NCBI GenBank assembly: GCA_015233725.1
Contig: JADFXD010000006.1
Coordinates: 5,848-69,847 of the forward strand
Direction: 5' to 3'
From: Nitrospirota bacterium
GTDB lineage: Bacteria; Nitrospirota; Thermodesulfovibrionia; Thermodesulfovibrionales; Magnetobacteriaceae
Length of the DNA stretch: 64,000 nucleotides
In this document: piece by piece, positions 37,541 to 47,111 of the stretch
How the letters are laid out: every line of letters starts with the position of its first letter
Position numbering within the stretch: position 1 is the first letter of the stretch
The notes under the pieces: generated by a model
Seen by the model: only the letters and a program-made list of their open reading frames with translations
Told to the model about the DNA's origin: nothing
Databases searched by the model: none
Translations under genes and position numbers: made by a program

Positions 37541-38474
37541 TATCGACTACGACTATGACTCGTTGGTGAGAGACCTCAAGGGCACGATATATTACAATGA
37601 ACCATTACGGCATCACACGTCGTTAAGGATCGGCGGTGTGGCCGCCATGTACTATGAGCCTCAGGACCTCGATAGCCTGATGAGACTGGCTATGAGACTC
37701 TCACAGGGGGCAAGGGATATGGAACTGCCTCTGTTTATCATGGGCGGAGGCTCCAATCTGCTCTTTGCCGATGAGGACTTTGATGGCGTAGTGATCTCAA
37801 CAAGGCAGTTAAACACCCTCCAGTGGCTCCTGGACGGAGACGTCCTGACGATAAGGGCCGCTGCCGGACTCCAACTGGCAAAGCTCCTGAGCTTTACGCT
37901 AATGGCCTCGGCGGTTGGCCTTGAAGGCCTCGCTGGTATACCCGGCACCGTGGGCGGGGCAATAGCGGGCAATGCCGGCTCATTCGGTTTTGAGATCAAA
38001 GACGCCATCGAGGATGTCAGCTTTATCAACAACAAAGGCGCCTTGAAACAACTCACCAGAGACATGATACCATTTTCCTATCGACACTGCGGACTTCCCG
38101 CAGACAGCTTCATCGTTGAGGCCACCCTCAGACTCATAAGAGGCAGCCAATCCGAGATCAAAGAGAGATTTGACGCCTGCCTCTGTCAAAAGAAACAATC
38201 CCAACCCCTGAACGAACTCTCAGCAGGGTGTGTGTTTAAAAATCCCCCCGGTGACTTCGCAGGCAGACTCATAGACATGGCAGGATGCAAGACTCTGTCC
38301 GAGGGACAGATAGAGGTAAGCTCAAGACATGCCAACTTCTTCGTCAATAAAGGCAACGGCACGGCCAGAGACTTCCTCACCCTGATGGAAAGGGTACAAG
38401 AGGCAGTTCAGGCCAACTTCGGCATAGAACTCACGCCAGAGATAAAAATAGTCTCTGGAAGATTTGGAAGATAG
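37527..38474 (+). CDS. murB: MurB
   Basis: GGGSNLL, GIPGTVGG, SAGCVFKNP and HANF. Confidence 0.96.
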   Translation: MYTTSIDYDYDSLVRDLKGTIYYNEPLRHHTSLRIGGVAAMYYEPQDLDSLMRLAMRLSQGARDMELPLFIMGGGSNLLFADEDFDGVVISTRQLNTLQWLLDGDVLTIRAAAGLQLAKLLSFTLMASAVGLEGLAGIPGTVGGAIAGNAGSFGFEIKDAIEDVSFINNKGALKQLTRDMIPFSYRHCGLPADSFIVEATLRLIRGSQSEIKERFDACLCQKKQSQPLNELSAGCVFKNPPGDFAGRLIDMAGCKTLSEGQIEVSSRHANFFVNKGNGTARDFLTLMERVQEAVQANFGIELTPEIKIVSGRFGR

Positions 38475-38493
38475 ATATGGAGGTTTGATACAT

Positions 38494-39450
38494 ATGAGAG
38501 ATGAGCTTAAGGACAAGAGGATCGTGGTCTTAATGGGTGGTATATCATCAGAGCGTGAGATATCTATAAAGAGCGGGACGGCGGTCCTGGCTACCCTGTC
38601 CGAGGAGGGGTACAACGTAACATCGCTGGATGCCAGGAGGGATGTGGTCTCTCGCTTGATTGCCCTGCATCCGGATGTGGTGTTTATAGCGTTGCACGGC
38701 GGTTGGGGTGAAAACGGCGCCATCCAGGGGCTGCTCGATATCCTCGAGATTCCATACAGCGGCTCAGGCGTCCTGGCCTCAGCGCTGGCGATGGATAAGC
38801 ACACCTCAAAGATTATGTTCACCAGTCATGGCGTAGACGTAACCCCTTACAAGGTCATCGACAGAGCGAATGTTGTAGGGGACTTGATCGTGCAGGAGCC
38901 CCAATGGCCAATGCCGTGGATAATAAAGCCCAATGCCGAGGGCTCCAGCGTAGGCATAAGCATCGTCAGGTCAACGCCGCAGTACGCCGAGGCCATTGAC
39001 CAGGCGTTTCAGTTTGGCAATAAGGTACTGGTAGAGAGATTCATCAAGGGCAAGGAGATACAGGTTGGCATACTGGGCAATCGCCCGATTGGCTGCGTGG
39101 AGGTGCGCCCCTGCGGGGAATTCTACGACTACACCGCAAAGTACACGGTCGGCCAAACCCGCTACATACTGCCTCCGGAGATCAGTCAGGAGACCTCTTA
39201 CATGGTCACGGAGGCAGCCATCAGGGCCTTTAATGCCCTGTCTTGTAGCGGCTACGCACGGGTGGACACAATATTGTCCGAGGATGGAGAGGTCTACGTA
39301 CTTGAGGTCAACACACTGCCTGGTATGACGGCGACGTCGCTCCTGCCTAAGATAGCAAGAAGTGCCGGTGTGTCATTCCTCGGACTTATAGAGGAAATCC
39401 TGGCGCTGGCCATAGAGGCTAAATACCCAACTACGAGGGTAGTAGCTTGA
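38494..39450 (+). CDS. ddl: D-alanine--D-alanine ligase
   Basis: GGISSEREIS, LHGGWGE, EGSS and EVNTLPGMT. Confidence 0.97.
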   Translation: MRDELKDKRIVVLMGGISSEREISIKSGTAVLATLSEEGYNVTSLDARRDVVSRLIALHPDVVFIALHGGWGENGAIQGLLDILEIPYSGSGVLASALAMDKHTSKIMFTSHGVDVTPYKVIDRANVVGDLIVQEPQWPMPWIIKPNAEGSSVGISIVRSTPQYAEAIDQAFQFGNKVLVERFIKGKEIQVGILGNRPIGCVEVRPCGEFYDYTAKYTVGQTRYILPPEISQETSYMVTEAAIRAFNALSCSGYARVDTILSEDGEVYVLEVNTLPGMTATSLLPKIARSAGVSFLGLIEEILALAIEAKYPTTRVVA

Positions 39451-40211
39451 ACTACATGAAAAAGAAAATACTCGGCAGACAGCAGGTTCTTAAGAGAAAA
39501 AAAGACAATGCAATGTCACTGAAATTCTTCATTGCCATAGTGGCAATCGTGTTTTTGACAGGATGCGCCACGGCAGGTATATATATGTTTATAAAGGCTG
39601 ATTTTTTAAAGGTTCAGCACCTTAACCTCGAGGGAAACTTCCACCTCAAGGAGGCAGACATGCTCAGGCTGCTCAACGTAAGCGGCAAGAGTCTTATCAC
39701 CATGGACTGTACCCAGGCATCGCAACGTCTCTTTGGCTCTGCGTGGGTAAAGAACGTCCTGATGCGTAAGGAGTTCCCCAATACACTGTTTGTCAGGATA
39801 GACGAAAAAGAGCCAGTAGGTATACTCGATGACGGTAAGGAGACATACCTGATAGATAAATCCGGTCAGAGGCTCGAAAAGGTGGACAACCCCCCCATGA
39901 CCTTACCCGTTATCAGCGTTGACACGACAAATCAGAAGGCCTACGATAACGCGCTAAGGCTCACAGACGCCTTAAACAAAAACAGCGTGACACAGGGTAA
40001 AAACGTCCTCATAACAGGTAAGAAACCCGAAGAAATAGCGATCAGGATCAACGACACAATCGTATTGCTAGGCTCTGGCGATTATGAGAGGAAGATCATA
40101 AACTACCTGCAGCTCAGAGATGAGATAAGCAACAGAAACATCCCCATAGAGTATATAGACGCGAGATTTTCACAGCGTCTTATAGTAAAACAGGCCAGGA
40201 GGCAGTCCTGA
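39447..40211 (+). CDS. ftsQ: FtsQ/DivIB
   Basis: Basic N-terminus, TM, POTRA (WVKNV…FPNTL) and YIDAR; lies between ddl and ftsA. Confidence 0.9.
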   Translation: MNYMKKKILGRQQVLKRKKDNAMSLKFFIAIVAIVFLTGCATAGIYMFIKADFLKVQHLNLEGNFHLKEADMLRLLNVSGKSLITMDCTQASQRLFGSAWVKNVLMRKEFPNTLFVRIDEKEPVGILDDGKETYLIDKSGQRLEKVDNPPMTLPVISVDTTNQKAYDNALRLTDALNKNSVTQGKNVLITGKKPEEIAIRINDTIVLLGSGDYERKIINYLQLRDEISNRNIPIEYIDARFSQRLIVKQARRQS

Positions 40212-41422
40212 AAGACACAATAGTTGTGGGCCTGGATGTTGGGACAACCAAGATATGCACGATAGTGGCACAGGTCAGCGCCGCGTCGATAAGGTTCCTG
40301 GGAGTCAGTACGACACCGTCACGCGGGGTCAAAAAGGGTATGATCGTAGATATGGAATCGGCATCCAAGGCCATCAGGGCCTCAATAAAGAAGGCCCAGA
40401 CGTTATCCAACGTCGAGATAAAAGAAGTATATGCCGGTATAGCAGATAGTCATGTCAAGTGCATGACAAACACAGGCGCCGTGGGCATAGCGCGTGGAGT
40501 TGTCAGACAGAAGGACGTTGAATGGGCAACGGAGACGGCCAGTAGCGTCTACATGCCATTGGACAAGGAGGTGATGCACATCATACCGCTGGAGTACGTA
40601 GTGGATGGCGAGGGACAGATAACCAATCCATTGGGGATGAAGGGTGTACGGCTTGAGGCCAATGTGCAGATCGTAACGGGGTCTACCAACTCGTTGCACA
40701 ACCTCATCAAGTGCTGCGAGATGGCCGGGGTATCGGTTGCCGACATCGTGCTTGAACCCCTTGTCTCTGCCATGGCAACACTGAGGGATGATGAGAAGGA
40801 GTGTGGCTGCATACTGGTAGATATCGGTGGTGGCACCACGGATATCGCACTCTTTAGGGACTCCAGGTTTGTCAGCACTGCCATCCTGGACATTGGCGGC
40901 AATCAGATCACAAACGATATATCGGTCTGTCTGGCAATACCCTTGGCAGAGGCCGAAAGAATACAAAAGGCCTACGGGATGACCGCCTCCGGTGAGTATG
41001 ACTCGGAGGAGATAACTGTAACAGGAGCCAGCGGTGAGAAAAAGGTCACAAGAGGCTTTATAACCGATATCGTCAAATCCCGCAGTGAGGAATTGCTAAA
41101 CCTCGTAAAGACAGAAATAGCACAGTTATGTGGAAACACCACACCATCCTTTGGCGTTGTATTTACCGGTGGGGTGGCACAGTTAAAGGGCTTTGAGATA
41201 CTTGCGCAGTCTATACTCAACATGTCCGTCAGGATTGGTATGCCCGAGGGCAAGGATATGATCGACATGGTCAGAAACCCCATCTACTCGGCAGCCGTCG
41301 GTCTGGTCATGTACGCACAGAAGAGTATGGACGATCCATCGTCAATGGAGCTGCTGGCAGGTGATCTGAGCCATATCAGAAAATGGATAAAGGGTCTTGT
41401 GGGTAAGCTGTTCTCAGCATAG
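40208..41422 (+). CDS. ftsA: FtsA (probable CTG start)
   Basis: (M)KDTIVVGLDVGTTK, DIGGGTTD and TGG; AGGAGG 5 nt upstream of CTG 40208. Confidence 0.95.
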   Translation: MKDTIVVGLDVGTTKICTIVAQVSAASIRFLGVSTTPSRGVKKGMIVDMESASKAIRASIKKAQTLSNVEIKEVYAGIADSHVKCMTNTGAVGIARGVVRQKDVEWATETASSVYMPLDKEVMHIIPLEYVVDGEGQITNPLGMKGVRLEANVQIVTGSTNSLHNLIKCCEMAGVSVADIVLEPLVSAMATLRDDEKECGCILVDIGGGTTDIALFRDSRFVSTAILDIGGNQITNDISVCLAIPLAEAERIQKAYGMTASGEYDSEEITVTGASGEKKVTRGFITDIVKSRSEELLNLVKTEIAQLCGNTTPSFGVVFTGGVAQLKGFEILAQSILNMSVRIGMPEGKDMIDMVRNPIYSAAVGLVMYAQKSMDDPSSMELLAGDLSHIRKWIKGLVGKLFSA

Positions 41423-41465
41423 TTGACAAAACATATTAAATAGATATATAAATATAGGAGACAAA

Positions 41466-42656
41466 ATGAGGGAGGTACACACGGCTATGTTTGAACTGTT
41501 AGAGAGTAATGAAGGAAAGGCAAACATCAAGGTAGTAGGTGTTGGCGGCGCTGGTGGCAACGCTATAAACAACATGATCCTATCTGACCTTAAAAACGTG
41601 CAGTTTATTGCCGTCAATACGGACGCGCAGGTGCTTCAGACCTCCAGGGCTGAGTATAAGCTGCAGGTGGGAGAGAAGATAACCAGGGGGCTTGGCGCCG
41701 GCTCTAATCCACAGGTAGGAAGGGAATCAGCACTTGAGGACAGTGAACGTCTACGTGAAATCCTGGAAGGGGCCGATATGGTGTTTATAACGGCCGGCAT
41801 GGGTGGAGGCACGGGCACGGGCGCTGCTCCGGTTATCGCGGAGATCGCCAGAAACCTCGGGGCGTTGACCGTGGCTGTAGTGACAAAACCGTTCTTCTAC
41901 GAGGGCAGAAAACGCCTAAGCAATGCAACTCTTGGCATAAAAGAACTAAACCAGTTCGTTGATACCACCATTGTCATCCCAAATGACAAGATACAACTGG
42001 TTGTAGAAAAGGGCACACCTCTTATCAAATCATTCGAAATAGCAAACGACGTCCTCAGAGACGCCGTGCAGGGCATCACAGACCTGATCCTCGTACCAGG
42101 ACTGATAAACCTCGACTTTGCCGACGTCAAGACCATCATGCAGTACTCCGGCAAGGCCGTAATGGGCATAGGCAAAGGCAAGGGCGACCAGGGACATATC
42201 GAGGCCGCCAAAAAGGCCATCTCCAACCCACTCCTGGAGGAAACCTCCATAGACGGAGCCAGGGGTATCCTCATCAACATCACAGGCGGAAACGACCTGT
42301 CACTGGACGCCGTGCAAGGCGCCTCGGAGCTAGTCTTTGACTCCGCACACGACGATGCCGACATCATCTTTGGCGCCGTCATCGACCCCAGCAGCAACGG
42401 CGAGGTCAAGGTCACTGTCATAGCAACAGGCTTCGAAGACAAGAAAGACACCAAGATGTCGCTCTCCCCAGAGATGAGCAGATGGAAATCAACAGAAAAA
42501 GACCGCGTCTTTACCAGAAGCTCCGACAGGCTATTGACCAAAAACCTGTTCGACTTCTCAAAAGAAGACAAAGTCCCTACAACCGAACTGATGTCCTACG
42601 ACGACGACATCGATATCCCAACATTTATCAGAAAACAAAGAGAAGACAAGAGATAA
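41466..42656 (+). CDS. ftsZ: FtsZ
   Basis: GMGGGTGTG signature, NLDFAD and C-terminal DIPTFIR; alternative start ATG 41487. Confidence 0.99.
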   Translation: MREVHTAMFELLESNEGKANIKVVGVGGAGGNAINNMILSDLKNVQFIAVNTDAQVLQTSRAEYKLQVGEKITRGLGAGSNPQVGRESALEDSERLREILEGADMVFITAGMGGGTGTGAAPVIAEIARNLGALTVAVVTKPFFYEGRKRLSNATLGIKELNQFVDTTIVIPNDKIQLVVEKGTPLIKSFEIANDVLRDAVQGITDLILVPGLINLDFADVKTIMQYSGKAVMGIGKGKGDQGHIEAAKKAISNPLLEETSIDGARGILINITGGNDLSLDAVQGASELVFDSAHDDADIIFGAVIDPSSNGEVKVTVIATGFEDKKDTKMSLSPEMSRWKSTEKDRVFTRSSDRLLTKNLFDFSKEDKVPTTELMSYDDDIDIPTFIRKQREDKR

Positions 42657-42842
42657 TAGAGTTTCCCTCCAAAAACGGGCAGAGGATATTCCTCCTCCTC
42701 ACACATAACGATCCTCTGCCCACTCCTCCCCTTAAGTAATTCAAGAGTATCGTTTATATCACCCCTCTATCAATAAGAATGATTGCTCCCTACCTTTACA
42801 ATGTCTCTGCAATAGATCATTCGCTCCTTACAGTGGTGGGGA

Positions 42843-42971
42843 TGTCTGAACCACGATTTAACGGATTAAAGGATTATCAGGATTTATGTTAAAGAAAGCC
42901 TTATCCCTTTTTCCTGTTATTTACCGCTTCAGGTTGCACCTGGTTTAATCTGCATAATTATAGTTCAGACA
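42843..42971. repeat. 129-bp MITE-like element with 9-bp terminal inverted repeats TGTCTGAAC…GTTCAGACA
   Basis: Perfect 9-bp IR; internal GATT/GGATT motifs at 8-9-nt spacing. Confidence 0.55.
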
Positions 42972-43015
42972 ATCCCTATGTTTACTTAAATGTGACATTG
43001 TCAAACTACGATCAA

Positions 43016-43135
43016 ATTGATCATTGCGCTAGCTATGGTCGCAGGAAGGGGTCAAGGGGTCCGTGACCCCTTGCAGGGTGGGTCTGAGGGAGGGGCGGAG
43101 CCGCCTCCCTTCTCTCTTTTCTTCTCTTTTCTTTT
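43016..43135 (+). repeat. Composite: degenerate family B unit (43016-43042, reverse orientation) + family A copy (43048-43135)
   Basis: …TATGGTCGCAGGAAGGGGTCAAGGGGTC-CGT-GACCCCTTGC…; same TCGCAGGAAGGGGTCAAGG junction as at ~12418-12436. Confidence 0.85.
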
Positions 43136-43143
43136 TCCTTTGG

Positions 43144-44688
43144 TTAGTAGATGCTCCACTGGTTTGGGACGCCGTGATCGGCGTAGCCACTGGAGTTGAT
43201 CGTAGTGCCATCCATAAACCACATGTAGACGTCGCCGGTTGAGTTGTTCTGCCAGAGCATGTCGTTCTTGCCATCACCGTTGTAGTCTCCAACGGCCCTC
43301 ATGACCCAGGTATCAGAGCCGGAACTCACTGACACGCCCATCGACTGACTGGAGCCGCCCTTGGGCTTAACAAAATCACCGCCCTTGATGTTTATGCCGT
43401 CCATCAACCAGACGTATATATTGCCCGTATTGGTGTCTTGCAGGTTTATATCGCTCTTGCCATCGCCGTTGTAGTCAGCAATTGCCTTGATCTGCCACTG
43501 AGGCGGTATCCCCTTGGCCACGAAACCGCTGCTGCCCTGTATCTTTGTGCCATCCATGATCCAGGCGTAGACGTCGCCGGTGGCCTTGCTTTGCCAGAGG
43601 ATGTCGGTCTTGCCGTCGCCGTTGAAGTCTCCAACGCCCTTGACCTCCCAGTCGGCGGGGACACCCTTTACGGCAAAATCCTTCGACTTTATCTTGGTGC
43701 CGTCCATGAGCCAGATGAAGATATCGTTGGTGCTTGTGTTTTGCCAGAGGATGTCGTTTCTGCAATCCCCGTCAAAGTCGCCAACCGCCTTGATCTGCCA
43801 CTCCGAGGTGATACCCCTGTAGGCGTAATCGCCGCTGCTTTGCTTTGTGCCATCCATGATCCAGACATAGACGTCGCCCGTGTCTGTGTTCTGCCACAGG
43901 ATGTCGCTCTTGCCATCGCCGTCAAAGTCATCCGACGCTATGACCTTCCAGTTCTTGGGCACCCCGTTGGCCGCAAGTGCCTCGGACTTCTTTGCGGCGC
44001 CATTCATCAACCATATTGCCACGTCGCCGGTGTCTGAGTTCTGCCAGAGGATATCGCTCTTGCCATCTCCATCGAAGTCCTTCTTTGTCTTCTTGCATAC
44101 ACCGTTGAAACCGGCGGTGATGGTCTTTGATGCCGTCATGTTGACCGTGCATTGATTGCCGATGGTGACGTCACATCCCGACCATTCGCTAAAGGTCGAG
44201 GCGTTATCCGACATAGCCGTGGCTATCACCTGTGTGTTAAGGGCATACAGGGCGGTGCCAGTGTTGCCATTCCAGTTGAGGTTGCCCGTTGATGTCGTCA
44301 CGACGCCACTACCGGTGCCCTGTTTCACTACCGTCAATGTCACCGGAGTCGGTGTGGGGGTAGGCGTTGGTGTGACGGTTGGGGTAGGTGTTGGGGTTGG
44401 AGTTGCTGTCGGTGAGGGTGTCGGGGTTGGTGTTACCGACGGAGTTGGAGTAGGCGTTGCTGTGGGAGTGACTGTAGGAGTAGGTGTTGGAGTCGCCGTA
44501 GGTGTGGGAGTTGGAGTTGAGGTTGGGGTAGGTGTTGGTGTAGCCGTTGGAGTGGGCGTAGGCGTCGGTGTTGGGGTCGGTGAGACATCCCAATAGCCCT
44601 GATCCCACATCATGCCATCCCACGTGTTGACCGCCCATGCCGATGACGCCATCAGCGCTATGATTATTGTTAAGACAATTCTTTTCAT
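43144..44688 (-). CDS. Secreted protein: Trp/Asp peptide + ~80-aa Pro/Thr linker + InlB-B-like domain + FG-GAP repeats
   Basis: Signal peptide; [12 protein letters not shown]; (PT)n; [13 protein letters not shown]…FSEWSGC…CTVNM; six [13 protein letters not shown]-type repeats. Confidence 0.88.
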   Translation of the reverse strand: MKRIVLTIIIALMASSAWAVNTWDGMMWDQGYWDVSPTPTPTPTPTPTATPTPTPTSTPTPTPTATPTPTPTVTPTATPTPTPSVTPTPTPSPTATPTPTPTPTVTPTPTPTPTPVTLTVVKQGTGSGVVTTSTGNLNWNGNTGTALYALNTQVIATAMSDNASTFSEWSGCDVTIGNQCTVNMTASKTITAGFNGVCKKTKKDFDGDGKSDILWQNSDTGDVAIWLMNGAAKKSEALAANGVPKNWKVIASDDFDGDGKSDILWQNTDTGDVYVWIMDGTKQSSGDYAYRGITSEWQIKAVGDFDGDCRNDILWQNTSTNDIFIWLMDGTKIKSKDFAVKGVPADWEVKGVGDFNGDGKTDILWQSKATGDVYAWIMDGTKIQGSSGFVAKGIPPQWQIKAIADYNGDGKSDINLQDTNTGNIYVWLMDGINIKGGDFVKPKGGSSQSMGVSVSSGSDTWVMRAVGDYNGDGKNDMLWQNNSTGDVYMWFMDGTTINSSGYADHGVPNQWSIY

Positions 44689-44714
44689 CTTGTCGTCTCC
44701 ATTATGTCTTGTGG

Positions 44715-45542
44715 CTATCTGTCTTGATTTTCAAGCGACTTCACCCTGTCCGATAATTCAGCGATGGTCTTCTGCTGTTCCTGGACTATCTTTGTCAGGA
44801 GCGCAACCATGTCCATCGGGCTTAGGCCCTTGCGGTCCTTTGTGGCCACGATCTCAGGGACGTCCTCAGCGATAAACCCGATGTGGTGCTCTGTAGTGTC
44901 GGTCTTGTAATTGAAGGTCACGGGCTTTAGGTCGTTTAAGGCCAACATCGCATCATTGGCGGAAAGCTCCTCGATGTTTTCCTTGTATTCGCGGCTTGAG
45001 GCGTTAGTCCATACGCCGCCTGTGGTAACGTAGGCGCCAGAGGCCATGTGCAGGGGGTAGGAAATAGTATCGTAACTGCGGTCAACCCCTAAATAACCAT
45101 CAGTAGTTAATACAATCTTGTGAAGTCCTCCATTTACACCAATCTCTATACGATGGTTAGATTCAGTAACAATTCCAAAACTTTGGTATGCAGCACCTCC
45201 CTCATCACCAGAAACTCCAATATCAGCGATAACACCAACGTGATTAGTCATACGTATTGCAGCTGCATTATTACTTACCAAGATATGAAACGGTCGTTCA
45301 GGGGCTGTTGTCCCAATCCCGACATTCCCCCCGTTAAAATACAGATTACTCCCCGACTTATCCCAACTCCTATCCCCCAGATAGCTGAAGTTCGCATTGA
45401 CATCGGCGGATTTGGCGACTGTCCCCGACGTGAACACATTTGGCACCGACCCTGCGTATGCCGGCAGCGTCAGAAACAGCAACGCAATGATTACTACGTT
45501 AGCCTCGATAACACTTTTGAAACCCTCGATCTTAGACTTCAT
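44715..45542 (-). CDS. Secreted tail-fibre-like protein with a C-terminal peptidase S74 (intramolecular chaperone) domain
   Basis: [10 protein letters not shown] repeat; [21 protein letters not shown] and IGFIAEDV; terminal coiled coil. Confidence 0.85.
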   Translation of the reverse strand: MKSKIEGFKSVIEANVVIIALLFLTLPAYAGSVPNVFTSGTVAKSADVNANFSYLGDRSWDKSGSNLYFNGGNVGIGTTAPERPFHILVSNNAAAIRMTNHVGVIADIGVSGDEGGAAYQSFGIVTESNHRIEIGVNGGLHKIVLTTDGYLGVDRSYDTISYPLHMASGAYVTTGGVWTNASSREYKENIEELSANDAMLALNDLKPVTFNYKTDTTEHHIGFIAEDVPEIVATKDRKGLSPMDMVALLTKIVQEQQKTIAELSDRVKSLENQDR

Positions 45543-45986
45543 CTTAGTACCCTCCGAAATGTTTTAAATTTACACGCAAAATGCGTGCTATAGCAAGCTT
45601 TGATTCTACTATATTGATGAAAAAGGCCGAACAAAAGAAAACAATTACGGTGATATGTGGTAGCCCAATTAAACGCAAAAAAAGAGGGAAAAAGAAAAAA
45701 GTCTGGAGGAAGAAGGCCACTAGAGGTGCGTTAACCGAGAGAGAGCAAGAACCGCGCCAGAACTACGCTCAGGCGGCAAATTACCTCGCGATAAATAATA
45801 TCTCTGGCACACTAAAAAAACCTCCTTGCTAACATTCTTTAACGCTAACTCCACCATGACACTACAAGCATATAACGAGTGTCGTGGAAAAGTCAATAGC
45901 AGAAACCTGAAAAAACCATTACTATTTAAACCATCAGGGCAATCGCACTTGAAATGTATGTATCAGAAGGCTTCTACGTGGTAAGG

Positions 45987-46280
45987 TCAAGCGTTACCCT
46001 GCAGATACAATCTCAACTGGGCTACCGACGTGGACCTTTTGATAAGTGCACTAAACTCATCCAGCTTGTCTATCTTATCAATAGTCCTGACCACATCCAT
46101 AAGCTCAAGTCCCTCAGGACCATACTTGATCTCAAGCATCCCTTCTATCCCTTTGAGTTCGCCTTCCAACCTGCCTTTGAGTTCGCCTTCCTGCCTTCCT
46201 TCCTGCCTTCCTTTCTGTTCGCCCTTCATAAATACATCCCTAAAGACCTCATATTCATCCAAATCAATGGTTATCGGCAT
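45987..46280 (-). CDS. Putative internally initiated 97-aa C-terminal product (RpnS-like)
   Basis: In-frame ATG (Met194) preceded at 7 nt by AGGAGGT (46288-46294). Confidence 0.6.
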   Translation of the reverse strand: MPITIDLDEYEVFRDVFMKGEQKGRQEGRQEGELKGRLEGELKGIEGMLEIKYGPEGLELMDVVRTIDKIDKLDEFSALIKRSTSVAQLRLYLQGNA

Positions 46281-46859
46281 GTTCAATACCTCCTGCTTTA
46301 CGTTATATGCCAAATTTTTTAACCCAGAAAGATATAACAACTTCCTGATATAACTCTCCCTTTCACTGGGTGGCAGCGGGTAAAACTTATCAAGAATCCT
46401 CTTTATAGTAACGTCTGGATAGTCGATCTTGCACAGAATAGCCAACACATTATCATCAGGGTCATCGCTGTCGATGAGTTGGTCGCCGTCAACATTACGC
46501 ATGTCTATCAACTTGTAAGCATACTTTATCAATCCAAGCTCCACGCTATTTTCCATATTTAGCGGCTTATTGCCAACATACAAGACAATCTGCATCGGTA
46601 ATCTCTTGTGCTGGTTGTATATAAATGCAGAATAGAGATACATCCGCCCCAACATGTTACTATCGTTTGTAGATTGAAGCTCAAGCTGGACTATGTTACC
46701 ATCTGCCGTCTCATACGCAATATCGACATACCTAACCTGAACATCGGAAAATTGGATATCTATGAATTTGCTTGCCTCATATCCAGTCAACAGCTTTAGA
46801 AACCTCTGCGGCACATCTTTAATGATGTCCTTTAATGTTATGTCATATTTCTGGTGCAT
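45987..46859 (-). CDS. Rpn/YhgA-like PD-(D/E)XK nuclease (putative transposase family)
   Basis: KYDITLK…VDI…QLELQS…RMYLY…QIVLYVG; C-terminal EGRQEGRQEGELKG repeats. Confidence 0.8.
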   Translation of the reverse strand: MHQKYDITLKDIIKDVPQRFLKLLTGYEASKFIDIQFSDVQVRYVDIAYETADGNIVQLELQSTNDSNMLGRMYLYSAFIYNQHKRLPMQIVLYVGNKPLNMENSVELGLIKYAYKLIDMRNVDGDQLIDSDDPDDNVLAILCKIDYPDVTIKRILDKFYPLPPSERESYIRKLLYLSGLKNLAYNVKQEVLNMPITIDLDEYEVFRDVFMKGEQKGRQEGRQEGELKGRLEGELKGIEGMLEIKYGPEGLELMDVVRTIDKIDKLDEFSALIKRSTSVAQLRLYLQGNA

Positions 46860-46867
46860 TAATGACT

Positions 46868-46897
46868 ATTATAGTAATATCTGAGTGTTTCTGTCAA
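46868..46897 (-). promoter_or_regulatory. Consensus sigma70 promoter of the rpn-like gene
   Basis: TTGACA-18-TATAAT, 8 nt upstream of the ATG; no SD. Confidence 0.7.
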
Positions 46898-47111
46898 CGG
46901 TTAATTTATGCACATATGAGTAGGGTATGTATTTTTTTAAGCGATTGCCCTGCCCTCATGATTGATCTTTTGTGACGATAACGGATAAAATATATCCAAA
47001 CATGATGTGTATAAGCATAACCATGGAGGCGCTATGAATAACTTATGACAACAGAGAAACTTGAGTTTAAGACTGAAGTAAATCAGCTCCTTCATTCTCT
47101 CCCTTAAGCGA

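Noticed and set aside
41897-42571. Long antisense ORFs (opposite ftsZ, DUF58, tolQ and others)
   Set aside because: Shadow frames of conserved genes with no recognisable motifs
44346-44583. Long (PT)n-encoding low-complexity tract (also ~1741-1790, ~2212-2262, ~53566-53600) as a possible CRISPR or DNA repeat element
   Set aside because: Third positions vary freely; these are coding Pro/Thr linkers with no repeat-spacer structure
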